NCBI RefSeq assembly: GCF_006345805.1
Contig: NC_042997.1
Location: 201,686,001-201,750,000 of the forward strand
Direction: 5' to 3'
Source: Octopus sinensis
Lineage: Eukaryota
DNA length: 64,000 nucleotides
Under the pieces are notes generated by a model. It made no database searches. It saw only the letters and a program-made list of their open reading frames with translations, and was not told the DNA's origin. The position numbers and the translations under genes are program-made. Shown piece after piece: positions 11,736 to 24,505 of this stretch (position 1 is its first letter; each line of letters opens with the position of its first letter).

Positions 11736-11796
11736 CCTATCAAAAATATATTCTCATCGTCAGCTGTTAAACCTTATATTATTTAATAACGATAAA

Positions 11797-12049
11797 CGTC
11801 GCCCTTTTCAAGTCTAGCCAGGCTCATGGGCCCAGTTTCCCTGTTTCTGTGGCGTAAGTGGAAGAGAGAGTGAGAGGAAGTTGTGGCGAAAGAGTACAAC
11901 AGGGGTCGCCACCACCCCCTGCAGGGAGCATCGTGGAGCTTTGAGGTGTTTCCGCTCAATAAGCACACACAACGCCCGGTCTGGGAATCGTAACCGCGAT
12001 CCTCCGACCGCGAGTCCGCTGCCCAAACCACTGGGCCATTGCGCCTCCA
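11797..12049 (-). mobile_element. SINE family C (head C1, tail T2)
   Basis: Reverse complement of the GGAGGCGCAATGG head and CTAGACTTGAAAAGGGCG tail; TSD-like TATTATTTAATAA on both sides. Confidence 0.8.
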
Positions 12050-12886
12050 TATTATTTAATAATAGCAGGGGAAGAATATTGTGAAAAAAAGACCAAGATA
12101 GAAGAGGAGGGACGTAAAGTACGAAATCCAAATATATTTGATTGCAACACATACGAAACTCTGCGAAATAGCAATTGTTCCGTATTTTGTTTACAGGAAA
12201 AAAGTTTCTCGTTTGAAAGATAAAAATATAAAAATCGTTTGAAAGATAAAAATCCATTGTTTCTTATTTTTCTAATGAGATAAACCCCATCGTTAAGGGA
12301 TATATTCCGTACAATTCGTTAACTTAAAAGATAGTATTTCAAATACACAAACGCAACTATGCAATAATGCATGGCTGCATATGTATGTATGTATATATCT
12401 ATGCATGTATCTACGTGTGTATGTAGGTATATGCCCGTGTGTCTGCGTATATATATCTATGTACATATATATATATATCTATCTATGTACATATATATAT
12501 ATCTATCTATGTATATATATAGATATATATATATATATATACAAACACAAACACACACATGTACATAAATATACGGGCACACGCACACACACATATAAAG
12601 GGTGTTTGCGTTTATCTTTTCAAGAAATATCCTGCACCTCCAATCCACATGGCACCATATATCTCCAATAATCTAACTACTGACTGTTAGTAATTCTTAC
12701 TTAAACACCGATTGCGATAGTTCTAATGAAAATTAATATTTCTTTAGTAAACTAAGAGAGAGATAACAGTTTATCTCAAGGAAACTTCAATATCAGGCAA
12801 TCAAGAATTGATTGTCTTTTCGAAATAATTTACACTTATTTAAAACTGGTGGCAAGTCAATTACTTTTAAATATAAACTCTGATTA

Positions 12887-13422
12887 AGGCAGCGAGCTGG
12901 CAGAAACGTTAGCACGCCGGGCGAAATGCTTATCGCACCGAGGTCGACTTTGCCTATCATCCTTTCGGGGTCGATAAATTAAATACCAGTTACGCACTGG
13001 GGTGCATGTAATCGACTTAACCCCTTTGTCTGTCCTTGTTTGTCCCCTCTATGTTTAGCCCCTTGTGGGCAATAAAGAAATAAGAAACGTCAGCACGCCG
13101 GGCGAAATGCTTATTGGTATTTCGTCTGCCGTTACGTTCTGAGTTCAAATTCTGCCGAGGTCGACTTTGCCTTTCATCCCTTCGGAGTCGATTAAATTTT
13201 TTACCAGTTACGCACTGGGTCGATATAATCGACTTAATCAGTTTGTCTGCGCTTGTTTGTCCCCTCTCTGTTTAGCCCCTTGTGGGTAGTAAAGAAATAG
13301 GTATTTCCTCTGTTTTGTCGTTCTGAGTTCAAATCCCGCTGAGGTTGACTTTGGCTTTCATCCTTTCGTGGTCGATAAATTAAGTACCAAAAATTTCGCG
13401 CTTTGTACCTAGAATAGAAAAG
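12887..13422 (+). mobile_element. SINE family A trimer with 17-bp TSD
   Basis: Three head-to-tail units; TSD AATATAAACTC(T/C)GATTA at 12870-12886 and 13423-13439. Confidence 0.85.
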
Positions 13423-13737
13423 AATATAAACTCCGATTATTTAACAGAAATTGATAACAAAACAAATGCTATCCTCAAAATTATTTTCTGTAAAGAGATA
13501 TTTAGAAGCATTGAATTAACAGACTGATTGGTAAGTAGGATAACATTCTTCGGAGGAATTGGTAAGGCATTCAATGCTCTGAGTTCAAATCGTGCCAAGG
13601 TCATTTTTTGCCTTTTACCTTTTGAGGATTAATAAAATAAAACTACGAGTCTAGAATGCTGGGTTATTGGAATTGTTGAAGTATATCTGTTCTAGGCCTT
13701 TGCGACTTCTTGTGCAACTGACTTAATCCGTGTTCTG

Positions 13738-14138
13738 TTAATAACTTTTGTTGATAGAAACCTATCTGAAACCGCTCCTAAATCTGTAATACAAATTTCT
13801 GCTTTAAAAGTCTTCTAAATTAAAAACTCCTGTCAATATTTCATGTCAGTCTAAGTTCCAAACACCAGCTTTATAATAACAACAAAGTTATTTTAATAAA
13901 TTCTATATTGTTTTCAAAATCAATTAAAACAAAGGCAGTGTGTTTCAACGGAAATACGGTAGCACAACAAGGGGCGTCGTTTTTGACACGAACCTTACCT
14001 GAGATTGCCCTTGGTTCACACTTCTTGTTTGAAAGCGATCTGAATGAGAGTCGTTTCTGATTAATTATTAATTATTTCCAAAATTAATTGAAACGAAGGC
14101 AGTGTATTTCAACAGGAATCTGGTAACAAAATAGTTAA
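13738..14138. mobile_element. Two decayed tandem copies of a possible piggyBac-like MITE
   Basis: Duplicated end AAGGCAGTGT(G/A)TTTCAAC(G/A)G..GGTA(G/A)CA; the second copy ends in GTTAA. Confidence 0.4.
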
Positions 14139-14294
14139 AACCACCTCTTGGTCCTTGCGTGCCGTTTGTAGAGTCCACTTTGCTGCAAGTCATTCAGAGC
14201 AAGTCAATGGTGTAACATCGTTTCTCAGTGCCCAGACAAGATATGTATTACAGAGAGGAGACGCTATTTCTTCTTTATTATTACTACTTTTTGG

Positions 14295-15120
14295 AGGCGG
14301 CGAGCTAGCAGAAATGTTAGCACGCCGAGCGAAATGCTTAGCGGTCGATATTTCGTCTGTCTTTCCGTTCTGAGTTCAAATTCCGCCGAGGACGACTTTG
14401 CCTTTCATCCTTTCGGGGTCGATTAAATAAGTACCAGTTACGCTCTGGGGTCGATATAATCGACTTAATCCGTTTGTCTGTCCTTGTTTGTCCCCTCTGT
14501 GTGTAGCCCATTGTGGGCAATAAAGAAATAATAAATGTTAGCACGCCGGGCGAAATGCTTAGCGGTCGATATTTCATCTGTCTTTGCGTTCTGAGTTCAA
14601 ATTCCGCCGAGGTCAACTTTGCCTTCATTCCTTTCGGGGTCAATAAATTAAGTATTAGTTGGTTACTGGGGTCGATCTAATCGACTGCCCCCCCCCCCAC
14701 AAAAAATTCCGTGCCTTGTGCCTAGAGTAGAAAAGATTACTACTTTAAGAAGGCAGCGAGCTGGCAGAACCGTTAGCACGCTGGACGAAATGCTTAGAAG
14801 TACTTAGCCCGTCGCTACGTTCTGAGTTCAAATTCCGCTGAGGTCGACTTTGCCTTCCATCCTTTCAGGGTCGATAAATTAAGTACCAGTGAAACACTGG
14901 GAGTCGATGTAATCGACTTGTCCCCTTCCCACCAAATTTGAGGTCTTGTGACTCTAGTAGAAAGGATTATTACTATTTTAGGGTCGTGAGTTGGCAGAAC
15001 CATTAGCACGCCGGTCGACTTTGCTTTTTACCCACTTTCGGGGGTCGATGAAATAAGTACCAGTTGAGCACCGGGGTCAATGTAATCGACTAGGCCCCGT
15101 CCCTAGTATTTCAGGCCTTA
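14295..15120 (+). mobile_element. Cluster of tandem SINE family A copies (both tail types)
   Basis: Four consecutive A-type bodies. Confidence 0.8.
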
Positions 15121-15684
15121 TTATCATTATCATCATTAAGGGAACGAGCTGTCACAATCACTATCGCGTCAGACATTCACTCCGGCTCTTTACGTTCCGG
15201 GTTCAGATCACACCAAGGTCGACTTAACCGTTTCATTTTTCAGCGTCGATAAGATATAGTAGCTTGCTATCTTTTAAAAATAGTTTGTTTCATATATTTA
15301 TGGAGAGTGAGATTTATCTTTAAATCCGTTGTGTTCTTTGTAGTTTATTTGTATACGACTACAAAACTTCTTTAATCTTATTAACACTTTCTCCTTCTAA
15401 TCCTAATAACTTCCTCAACACTATCAAATAGAGAGTAGCTTAAAAGATTCCTTTTAACCGTTTAGTCAGGAAAAGCAACACCCATGAACATTTATTGCTT
15501 TTTTTGTTTTGTATTTGTTGTTTTTTCTTCAGAAACTCCAAGACAAATGAGCTGAAGAGACGATTTTATCCATGACACGGAAACTTGGGCCCAGTCTGGG
15601 CGGATCAGAGAGGCGGTTATCCTGGACGCACAATTTCTTAGGTGCAGCAACTTTCAGAAGAAAGTAAATTAAAGTAGCAATAAA

Positions 15685-16086
15685 GTCCTGAAATTTGGGG
15701 GCAAGGGGTAAGTCGATTACATTTGACCCCTGTGCTCAACTGGTATTTATTTCATCGGACCCGAAAGGGAATGAATGTCAAAGTCGACCTCGGCAGATTT
15801 TGAAATCACGACGTAAAGATAGACGAAATATAGTTAAGCATTTTATCTGGCGTGCTAAAGATTCTGCCAGCTCACAGCCGTACTACTACTAATAATAATA
15901 GTTTTCGGGAAGGAGATAAGACGATTACGTTCGACCCCAGTGTTCAACTGGTACTTATTTTATCGATCCCTAAAGGATGAAAGGCCAAGTCAACCTCGGC
16001 AGAATTTGTAATCAGAAAGTTAAAACGCACGAAATGCCGCTAAGCGTTTTATCTGGCGTGCTAAAGATTCTGCCAGCTCGCCGCCT

Positions 16087-16087
<1 letters not shown>
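15685..16087 (-). mobile_element. Two diverged SINE family A copies
   Basis: AAGTCGACCTCGGCAG..GCCAGCTC motifs occur twice. Confidence 0.7.
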
Positions 16088-16123
<36 letters not shown>

Positions 16124-16303
16124 GGTGGTGGTGGTGGTGGTGGTGGTGGTGGTAGGAGGAAGAGGAAGAAGAAGAAGAAGAAGAAGAAGAAGAAGGAGAA
16201 GAAGAAGAAGAAGAAGAAGAAGAAGAAGAAGGAGAAGAAGAAGAAGAAGAAGAAGAAGAAGAAGAGAAGAAGAAGAAGAAGAAGAAGAAGAAGAAGAAGA
16301 AGA
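16088..16303. repeat. Compound (AGT)n(GGT)n(GAA)n microsatellite
   Basis: Direct observation. Confidence 0.95.
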
Positions 16304-16321
16304 AAAGGGGTGATGATGGGA

Positions 16322-16520
16322 AAGAAACAATAAATTATTGTCTCTGTTTGCCCAGTCCTGGCTAAGAAGGAATATATATCCACAGATATGACAAGAGTTG
16401 GGACCTATATACACTCGAAGCTATGCCAATGCTATGGAATATATGGAATAACAATAGGGAAAAAAATGGTATCGGCATATCCTAGAAAAGGTCTCGGAAA
16501 ATTACAAGGCGACCATACTC
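16322..16520 (+). mobile_element. Decayed internal fragment of the Dong-like family 3 LINE (zinc knuckle/RHD region)
   Basis: ETIN..VS.CPVLAKKEYI..D.VGTYIH.KLC; DNA matches 3510-3650. Confidence 0.7.
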
Positions 16521-16770
16521 CTTAAACAACCCTTATTCAGGGACCTTTTGAACAGGGTGAGCCACATGACCCACAGAAAATTCTAACTTGGCCATACCTG
16601 CAAGGTCATGCGCTGTTTATCTTGATATGAGATCACCATGTCGCACACATATGGTTGTGATTCATGTGCCTAGTGTACCCTTATCAGACAGGTGGTCATG
16701 GTGGGTATACTAGGGTTCGAATATTTGTACCCCAGTGTCACTTTTATGGCATGCGCTGCTCTCTCACTCA
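16521..16770 (+). mobile_element. Non-coding (TAA)-tailed retroposon, family D (partial)
   Basis: Matches 22536-22784 and ends in GCTCTCTCACTCA. Confidence 0.75.
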
Positions 16771-17209
16771 TTAACAATAACAATATGTCATTAACAGCTT
16801 CCCCTGGGAGCTTCTACAGCACCACTAGGTGCACATCTGTGTTTGAACTGTTTATAATATTGCCTTTGGAAAGCAAAGCAAGATGTCTGCCTGTTCCATT
16901 TTAATGTTCTGTGTTCTCAGTTTTGTGTTGTTGTTTCAAGTGTTGTCGTAGCGATATGTTCATGGAGTGTGTAAGGATATGCACTGTGTACTGTGTGCGC
17001 TCTCGTGTCTCATTGGATAGCCGTTGTGCTGCATCGGTTCTGAGTGAGTTATCTTATAATGTTGGAAGATGATTGTACTGAAAATGTACTGCGTGGATTC
17101 TGTTATTGATTTCAACGTTTTGAATATAGAGTGAATTGTATTCTGATAGGAGGCGCTTTTTCTTACTTTTTGACCGTGTGAGAATTTTTCTGGCTTTTAC
17201 ACGAATATA

Positions 17210-17216
17210 TATATAG

Positions 17217-17266
<50 letters not shown>

Positions 17267-17634
17267 TGAGAGAAAGAGAGAGAGATAGAGTGAGAGAGAG
17301 ACAGAGAAACAGATAGATAGATAGATAGATAGATAGATAAATGGATACATACATACATGCATTCATACATTTACACATACATACATACATACTTACATGC
17401 ATACATACACATATACATACATGCATACATACATGCATACATACATACATATGTACATACATTCATACATACATGCATACATGCATACATACATACATAC
17501 ATGCATACATACATACATACACACATACATACACACATACATGCATACATACATACACACATACATACATACATACATGCATACATACATACAAACATAC
17601 ATGCATACATACATACATACATACATACATACAT

Positions 17635-17703
<69 letters not shown>
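17210..17703. repeat. Compound (GATA)/(GA)/(CATA)/(CA) microsatellite
   Basis: Direct observation. Confidence 0.95.
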
Positions 17704-17705
<2 letters not shown>

Positions 17706-18071
17706 ACGTCTTTCTGCTTGCATTCATGTCCTTTCTCATTCTCAGTGCATCCAATGACCGAAAATGTTTCCTCTTTTTTTGAATACTCTTCCCGCCATCA
17801 TCATCACCACAGCAGCCATCATTCCGATGCCCTTGTACTTCGATAACATGGTGGATTTCTGCTACATTTTCTTTTCCTTTTTACTTTTGTTTGTTTATTT
17901 GTTGTGATGTATCGATTCAAATAAACTAAAATACCTTTCACTGGAAGTAGATTCCATTCCTGTCTTTGATTTTATCTGAAATTTTTACTTCGATTTCTTT
18001 GCCAATCTCAACAGTCATATCCCAGATTCTAATAGCCAAGGAACTGTCATACGCCAGATTAGGCACATGGT

Positions 18072-18256
18072 TCTTCTTCCTCTTCTTCCTCCTCCTCCTC
18101 CTCCTCCTCCTCCTTCTTCTTCTTCTTCTTCTTCTTCTTCTTCTTCTTCTTCTTCTTCTTCTTCTTCTTCTTCTTCTTCTTCTTCTTCTTCTTCTTCGTA
18201 ATAATAATAATACGAAGAAGGGGAATATTATTATTATTATTATTATTATCGTCATT

Positions 18257-18349
<93 letters not shown>

Positions 18350-18350
18350 T
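18072..18350. repeat. Compound (CCT)(CTT)(ATT)(ATC) microsatellite
   Basis: Direct observation. Confidence 0.95.
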
Positions 18351-18354
18351 AATA

Positions 18355-18770
18355 AGGTGGTAAGCTGGCAGAATCGTTAGCGCCCTGGACGAAATGCTTA
18401 GTGGTATTTCGCCCGTTGCTGCATTCTGAGTTCAAATTCCACCGAGGTCGACTTCGCCTTTTATCCTTTCAGGGTCGATAAATTTAGTACCAGTGAAACA
18501 CTGGGTCGATGTGATCGACTCATCCCCACCCCTCCAAATTGCTGCCCTTGTGATAAAATTTGAAGCCATTACTATTATTTTTACTAAGGCGATGAGCTTG
18601 TAGAATCGTTAGCTCACCGGAATTTCGTCCGTCCCCACTTTCTGAGTTTAAATTCCTTGGAGATCGACTTTGCCTTTTATCCTTTCGTATCGATAGAATA
18701 AGTTCCAGTTGAGTACTGTGGTCGATGTAATCGATGTATTCCCTCTCCCGTACTTGATGGCCTTGTCCAA
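18355..18770 (+). mobile_element. Two SINE family A copies (short tail type)
   Basis: AGCTGGCAGAATCGTTAGC...GTCGATAAATTTAGTACCAG. Confidence 0.75.
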
Positions 18771-18809
18771 TGATTGTATCCAATATCACGATCGCAACAT
18801 TTTTATCCT

Positions 18810-19067
18810 ATTTCGTTTTTGTATTTGGTTTGCAAGATTCTTTATGTGAAGTCATGTGTTGAAACATATTTTATTGTGTCTAGGGAGGGTCATTCTTTTT
18901 TAGGGCTTTATTACTTAACACACTCACCGGTTCGATTTACACTCATTTACTTTGCAACACAACGAAAATTGTATAAATAAGTAAACGAGTGGAAATCGAA
19001 CCAGTGTGTGTGTTAAGTAATAAGGCACTAAAAGCGAATGACTCTCCTCAGACACAATAAAATTTAG
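18810..19067. mobile_element. Foldback (palindromic) element, family E
   Basis: Arms 18864-18950 and 18980-19067 are reverse complements; a second copy lies at 49680-50318. Confidence 0.7.
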
Positions 19068-19494
19068 TTTTAGTTTTTCCTTCACCATCAGGTAACTTTC
19101 ATGTTCTTCAGTCACATGTAGCATTAGCTTTTGGAAATAGGTGAAGAATTACATTTGTTACACCTGTCTTTGCTGTGAGTAGGTTTTGTTGTTATTGTTG
19201 TTTCTGGTGATATTTTAACGTTTCACCTGTTTGACAGCCTTGAATGTGTGCTGTATGTATTATGCTATTTTGTCGGACGGCGACCGTGTTATTGTGTGCA
19301 TTGAAAGAGTTATGCATTGTTTTGTAGTGTCGTGTGGCGGAGCAGCGGTTCATAACGATCTTTTACCGATAGGCCCTTTGATTACTATTTTTACAGATAC
19401 TTCTTTCAAAATTCCTATTTTGTTTTTCCCTCATTCACCTGTGAAAGTTTGTAATAACACTTTCTTAGAGAACATGTTTCAATGGCCAGAAATA

Positions 19495-19885
19495 TATTTC
19501 TTTATTGCCAGCAAGGGCTAAACTTAGAGAGGGCAAACAAGGACAGACAAAGGGATTAAGTCGATTATATCGACCCCAGTGCGTAACTGGTACTTATTTA
19601 ATCGACCCCGAAATGATGAAAGGCAAAGTCGACTTCGGCGGAATTTGAACTCAGACCGTAACGGCAGACGAAATACCTATTTCTTTACTACCCACAAGGG
19701 GCTACACACAGAGAGGACAAACAAGAACAGACAAACGGATTAACTCGATTATATCGACCCCAATGCGTAACTGGTACATATTTAATCGACCCCAAAAGGA
19801 TGAAAGGTAAAGTCGACCTCGGCGGAATTTGAACTCAGAACGAAGCGGCAGACGAAATACCGCTAAGCATTTCGCCCGGCGTGCT
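19495..19885 (-). mobile_element. SINE family A dimer
   Basis: Junction GACGAAATACCTATTTCTTT. Confidence 0.85.
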
Positions 19886-20509
19886 TCAAGCGTGAGAGAA
19901 AGAAACCTGGCTACCAATACGTCTGGATCCTTAAAGTATTACGTAGGCCCTCATATCACTATTTTGCTTGTATTGACACCCGGTCCACGAAAAATGTTAT
20001 ACGGATCGCGAGGGAGTGATAGAGACCTCGGATGTGAACCACTGGTGTTGGGTAAATGTGTTAGTTACGTTATATCATTTTAGTAGTTGTATAGGATTAG
20101 GTCTAATTTTAGCAGCACAGGATCGATATTTAATCACAAAAAAAACTATAAGAAGAAAAATATTGTAACAAGAGGCTGACATCAAGCTCAGGCCATCCAA
20201 TCGATAATCGGTAGAATGAGTCAGATGACTACAGTGTTTGCAAAGTCAGACATACCGTGTATGTCAGTTCTTTTGTCATACTGGACAATATGTCGACACT
20301 TTGACATGAAATCTGAGAAGTGATGTATTCACATAACAAACGTAGTATTGGTTGACGATCTGGCTACAATAATCTAGGACATGTCAGTTCAGACTGACAA
20401 CAGAGATGAAGATGAAGCATCCAGATATAATTTTCAAAAGATCAGGAGCAAAAAATATCTGGTCGAGAAGAGACAGGGATGTCTGATAAACATATCAATT
20501 GCTTCTGAT

Positions 20510-20865
20510 CATATCACGTGGTTCTGGGTTCAGTCTCACTGCGTAGAACCTTGAGCAAATGTCTTCTAATATAGCCTCGGACTGACAAATACTTTGTGTG
20601 TGGCTTTGTAGACGGAAACTGAAAGTAGCTCGTCGTATGTATATGTTTGTGCATTTGTGTCTGTGTTTGTCCTCCACCACCTCTTGTTAAACGGTGTTGG
20701 TGTGTTTACGCCCCGTGAATAAGCGGTTCAGCAAAAGAGACCGCTAGAATAAGAAACTGGCTTTAAAAAGGACTGGGGTTGATTTATTCGGCATTACAAA
20801 ATTCCTCAAAGTGGTGCCCCACTATGGCCGCAGTATAATGATTGAAACAGGTAAAAGAAGACAAA
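20510..20865 (+). mobile_element. SINE family B, diverged
   Basis: Family B body and tail motifs. Confidence 0.7.
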
Positions 20866-21090
20866 AGACGGAAAGAAGTAAAAAAAATATCAAAACCCAA
20901 CGATTTTGAAATTAAAAAAATATACTGAATATTGGATAAAGGTATCATGTAGTCAGCCAACTGTTATTTGTGAGCAAATAAAGCTTAGTAATATGTGTCA
21001 TGCTTTTGCTAATTGTTTTAGGTGCCTGTACAATCGCGTGCAGACACAGATACCCTCTCAGTCCTCCTACACTTGGCCCAGGAGAATATC

Positions 21091-21505
21091 TATTTCTTTA
21101 CTGCCCACAAGGAGCTAAACATAGAGGGGACAAACAAGGACAGACAAATGAATTAACTCGATTACATCGATCCCAGTACGTAACTGGTATTTTTTTTATC
21201 GACCCCGAAAGGATGAAAGGCAAAGTCGACCTCGGCGGAATTTGAACTCAGAACTTAACGACAGACGAAATACCTATTTCTTTATTACCCACAAGGGGCT
21301 AAACATAGAGGGGACAAACAAGGACAGACATAGGTATCAAGTCGATTACATCGACCCCAGTGCGTAACTGGTATTTTTTTTATCGACCCCGAAAGGATGA
21401 AAGGTAAAGTCGACCTCGGCGGAATTTGAACTCAGAACGTAACGACAAACGAAACGCCGCTAAGCATTTCGCCCGGCGCGCTAACGTTTCTGCCAGCTAG
21501 CCGCC
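21091..21505 (-). mobile_element. SINE family A dimer
   Basis: Two units with TSD-like AGAATATC flanks. Confidence 0.85.
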
Positions 21506-21791
21506 CTGCAGAATATCGAAGATATGACCGCTAGACGGAGAGGAAGGGCTGCACCAACAACAGGTTATTACCCATTTAGAGCTAAGCAAAATGGGCCAAC
21601 GTAAAAAGAAGAGCTTTAGTGAAAGACACAATCTGCTACCCAGCCCAGAAATTGAGTCCATAATATTATGATCATGAGCTAGACATCATAGCGGCGAAGC
21701 TATCCGCTTTCACAGGATGTAAGGTACGGTAAAAAGAAACAGTACTAATGAAAATTTGCACTCGAGATCTTGTAACCTCGTACTCGAAATT

Positions 21792-21880
21792 TTATCAGAC
21801 AGGTAGTCATGATGGGTATACTAGGCTTCGTATATTATACGTCAATGTCATTTTGATGGCATGCACTGCTCTCTCACTCA
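21792..21880 (+). mobile_element. Family D 3' end followed by long (TAA)n
   Basis: TTATCAGACAGGTAGTCATGATGGGTATAC...CTCTCACTCA(ATA)n. Confidence 0.75.
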
Positions 21881-21893
21881 ATAATAATAATAT

Positions 21894-21948
<55 letters not shown>

Positions 21949-21957
21949 GTAGTAGTA

Positions 21958-22025
<68 letters not shown>

Positions 22026-22255
22026 TATCCTTTCTACTATAGACACAAAGCCTGCAATTTGGGGGGAGAGTACTAGTCGATTACATCGACCCCAGTGCGT
22101 AACTGGTACTTATTTAATCGACCCCGAAAGTATGAAAGGCAAAGTCGACCTCGGCAGAATTTGAACTCAGAACGTAGCGGCATATGAAATACCGCTAAGC
22201 ATTTCGACCGGCGTGCTAACAATCCTTCCAGCTTGTTACCTTAATAATAATAATG

Positions 22256-22296
<41 letters not shown>

Positions 22297-22297
<1 letters not shown>

Positions 22298-22783
22298 TGT
22301 TATCATGTACATTATTTTGTCTTGGTATAAAAGATGGGCTACAGCAAATATTCTGCTCAATACCACAGATTTGCTTGTGAGTTGTTTGACCTTAACCAGT
22401 TGAGCATGTCCTTTAGTGGCTGACAATATGTGCATCTCTGATCACGAGCAGAAGTAGTGGGGGAGCATCATAGCCATGGATTCTTTGGGGTTTGAATAGT
22501 TCACCTCTGGAAACATGGGTGGTTCTTTCAACATCCTTAAACAACCCTTATTCAGGGACCTTTTGAGCGGGATGGGCTACTCAACCTGAAGAAAATTCTA
22601 ACTGGGCCCCACCTGCAAGGTCATGCGCTGTTTATCTTGATATGAGATCACCATGTCGCGCACATATGGTTGTGATGCATGTGCCTGGTGTACCCTTATC
22701 AGACGGGTAGTCATGATGGGTATATTGGGCTTCGTATATTTTACCCCAGTGTCACTTTGATGGCATGAACTGCTCTCTCACTC

Positions 22784-22784
<1 letters not shown>
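22297..22784 (+). mobile_element. Family D non-coding retroposon inserted in (TAA)n
   Basis: (TAA)n on both sides; near-identical reverse-complement copy at 56083-56555. Confidence 0.8.
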
Positions 22785-22825
<41 letters not shown>

Positions 22826-23255
22826 CTAATTGTTAAAACGGTGTTTAATATGTTTCATATTTATTTCATAGTAATAAAGATTAAAAAATTCCAATTATAT
22901 AAATGTATTCCAATCTTATCTTAATTGATCTTATCGTCTTATATTGAATTTTAATAATTTATGGAAATCCGATCAGTTTTTTTATTCCAATCTAAAAGTT
23001 TTTCGCTTCATATATTTATTTATTTATTTATTTATTTATTTCCTTATTCCAAAATATGCTTTCAATCAAAGCCGGTGATGGGACATACAAAGGAATCCAA
23101 TCAACATATTACATCTCTCTCTCTTCCCCCCTCTCGGTCTGTCTCTTTCTCTCTCTCTCACTCACTCTTTCCCACCCTCTTTCACTTTCACTTTCTTCGC
23201 ACTCTCTGTACACACTTAAATATTCATATATATATATATATATATACATATACAC

Positions 23256-23341
<86 letters not shown>

Positions 23342-23607
23342 GGGTGTATATGTATATATATATATGCATATGTATATATATATATGTGTGTATGCGTATG
23401 TGCACGCACACGTGTATGTGTGTGTGTAAAACATTCTAATTTGAAAAAAATTTCTGAGTACATTCATAATCCTATCACCCATTTTTCTTATTTGAAAAAC
23501 TGTATCTCTCTGATTTGAAAAAGAAAACTCTGATCTCTAAAAAAAAAAAATAATAAATAAAAGAGTAAAATACTTATCTAATTTCCTGACATAATAAAAA
23601 TTCAATA

Positions 23608-23650
23608 TTACACTGATGAGATAAATTAAGATTGAAATACGTACGTGTAA
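23608..23650 (+). ncRNA. Degenerate type I hammerhead motif
   Basis: TTACA-CTGATGA-GAT(AAATTAAG)ATT-GAAA-TACGTA-CG-TGTAA; stems pair but the NUH site is mutated. Confidence 0.4.
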
Positions 23651-23744
23651 ATGAAATTTTGTTACCTTCCTTTTTTATTTATTACGAAATACGTATGAAG
23701 AAGATTTCATGTGATTCTGGATTTGGAGCTTCTATGTAATCCAG

Positions 23745-24055
23745 TGGAGGCGCAATGGCCCAGTGGTTAGGGCAGCGGACTCGCGGCAGGAGGATCGCAG
23801 TTTCGATTCCCAGACCGGGCGTTGTGTGTGTTTATTGAGGGAAAATACCTAAAAGCTCCACGAGGTTACGGCAGGGGTGGGGGATGGCGACCCCTGTTGT
23901 ACTCTTTCGCCACAACTTTTCTTCACTCTCTCTTCCTGTTTCTTGAGTAAAGCTGCGATGGAATGGCGTCCCGTCCAGCTGGGAGGGGGGACCCATACGC
24001 CACAGAAACCGGGAAACCGGGTCCATGAGCCTGGTTAGGCTTGAAAAGGGCGAAA
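23745..24055 (+). mobile_element. SINE family C (head C1, tail T2) with TSD
   Basis: TSD ATGTAATCCAGT at 23733-23744 and 24062-24073. Confidence 0.85.
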
Positions 24056-24179
24056 ACAAACATGTAATCCAGTAATCCTCTTCCCTCAACATTGCTGGTC
24101 TTATGCCGAGATTCGAAACAGCTATTATTGTTGTTGTTGTTATGCACCAGCTATAGTATATCTTTTTCAAAAATCTCTT

Positions 24180-24505
24180 TCAGTCATTATTCTGCGGCCA
24201 TACTGGTGCATTGCCTTGAAGAATTTTTAGTCGAAAGAATGGACCTCAGTAGTTTTTTTTTAAAGCCTGGTACGTATTCTATCGGTCCCTTTTGCCGATC
24301 CGCTAGAGGACAAACACATACACGAAGACGCGCGCACTCACACACACACACACACACACAAACACATACGACGGACTTCTTTAAGTTACCTTCTACCAAA
24401 ATCTACTGACAAGCTTTTCGCCGACCTAAGGCTAGGGTAGAAGACACTTGCCCATGGTGTCAGGCAGTGGAACTGAACTCGGAACCACACAGCCATGACT
24501 ACTCC
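24180..24505 (-). mobile_element. SINE family B, diverged
   Basis: Family B motifs as reverse complement. Confidence 0.65.

Noticed and set aside
11320-11770. Possible hammerhead (minus-strand CTGACGA..GATA) split by the SINE A dimer
   Set aside because: The GAAA box and stem III are not intact after reconstitution.
15552-15596. CTGAAGA...GAAAC-TTGGGCCCAG-TC hammerhead-like string
   Set aside because: Stems I and II do not pair.
20215-20490. Possible decayed RTE LINE fragment
   Set aside because: Only a faint motif resemblance (DMKS); too degenerate to call.
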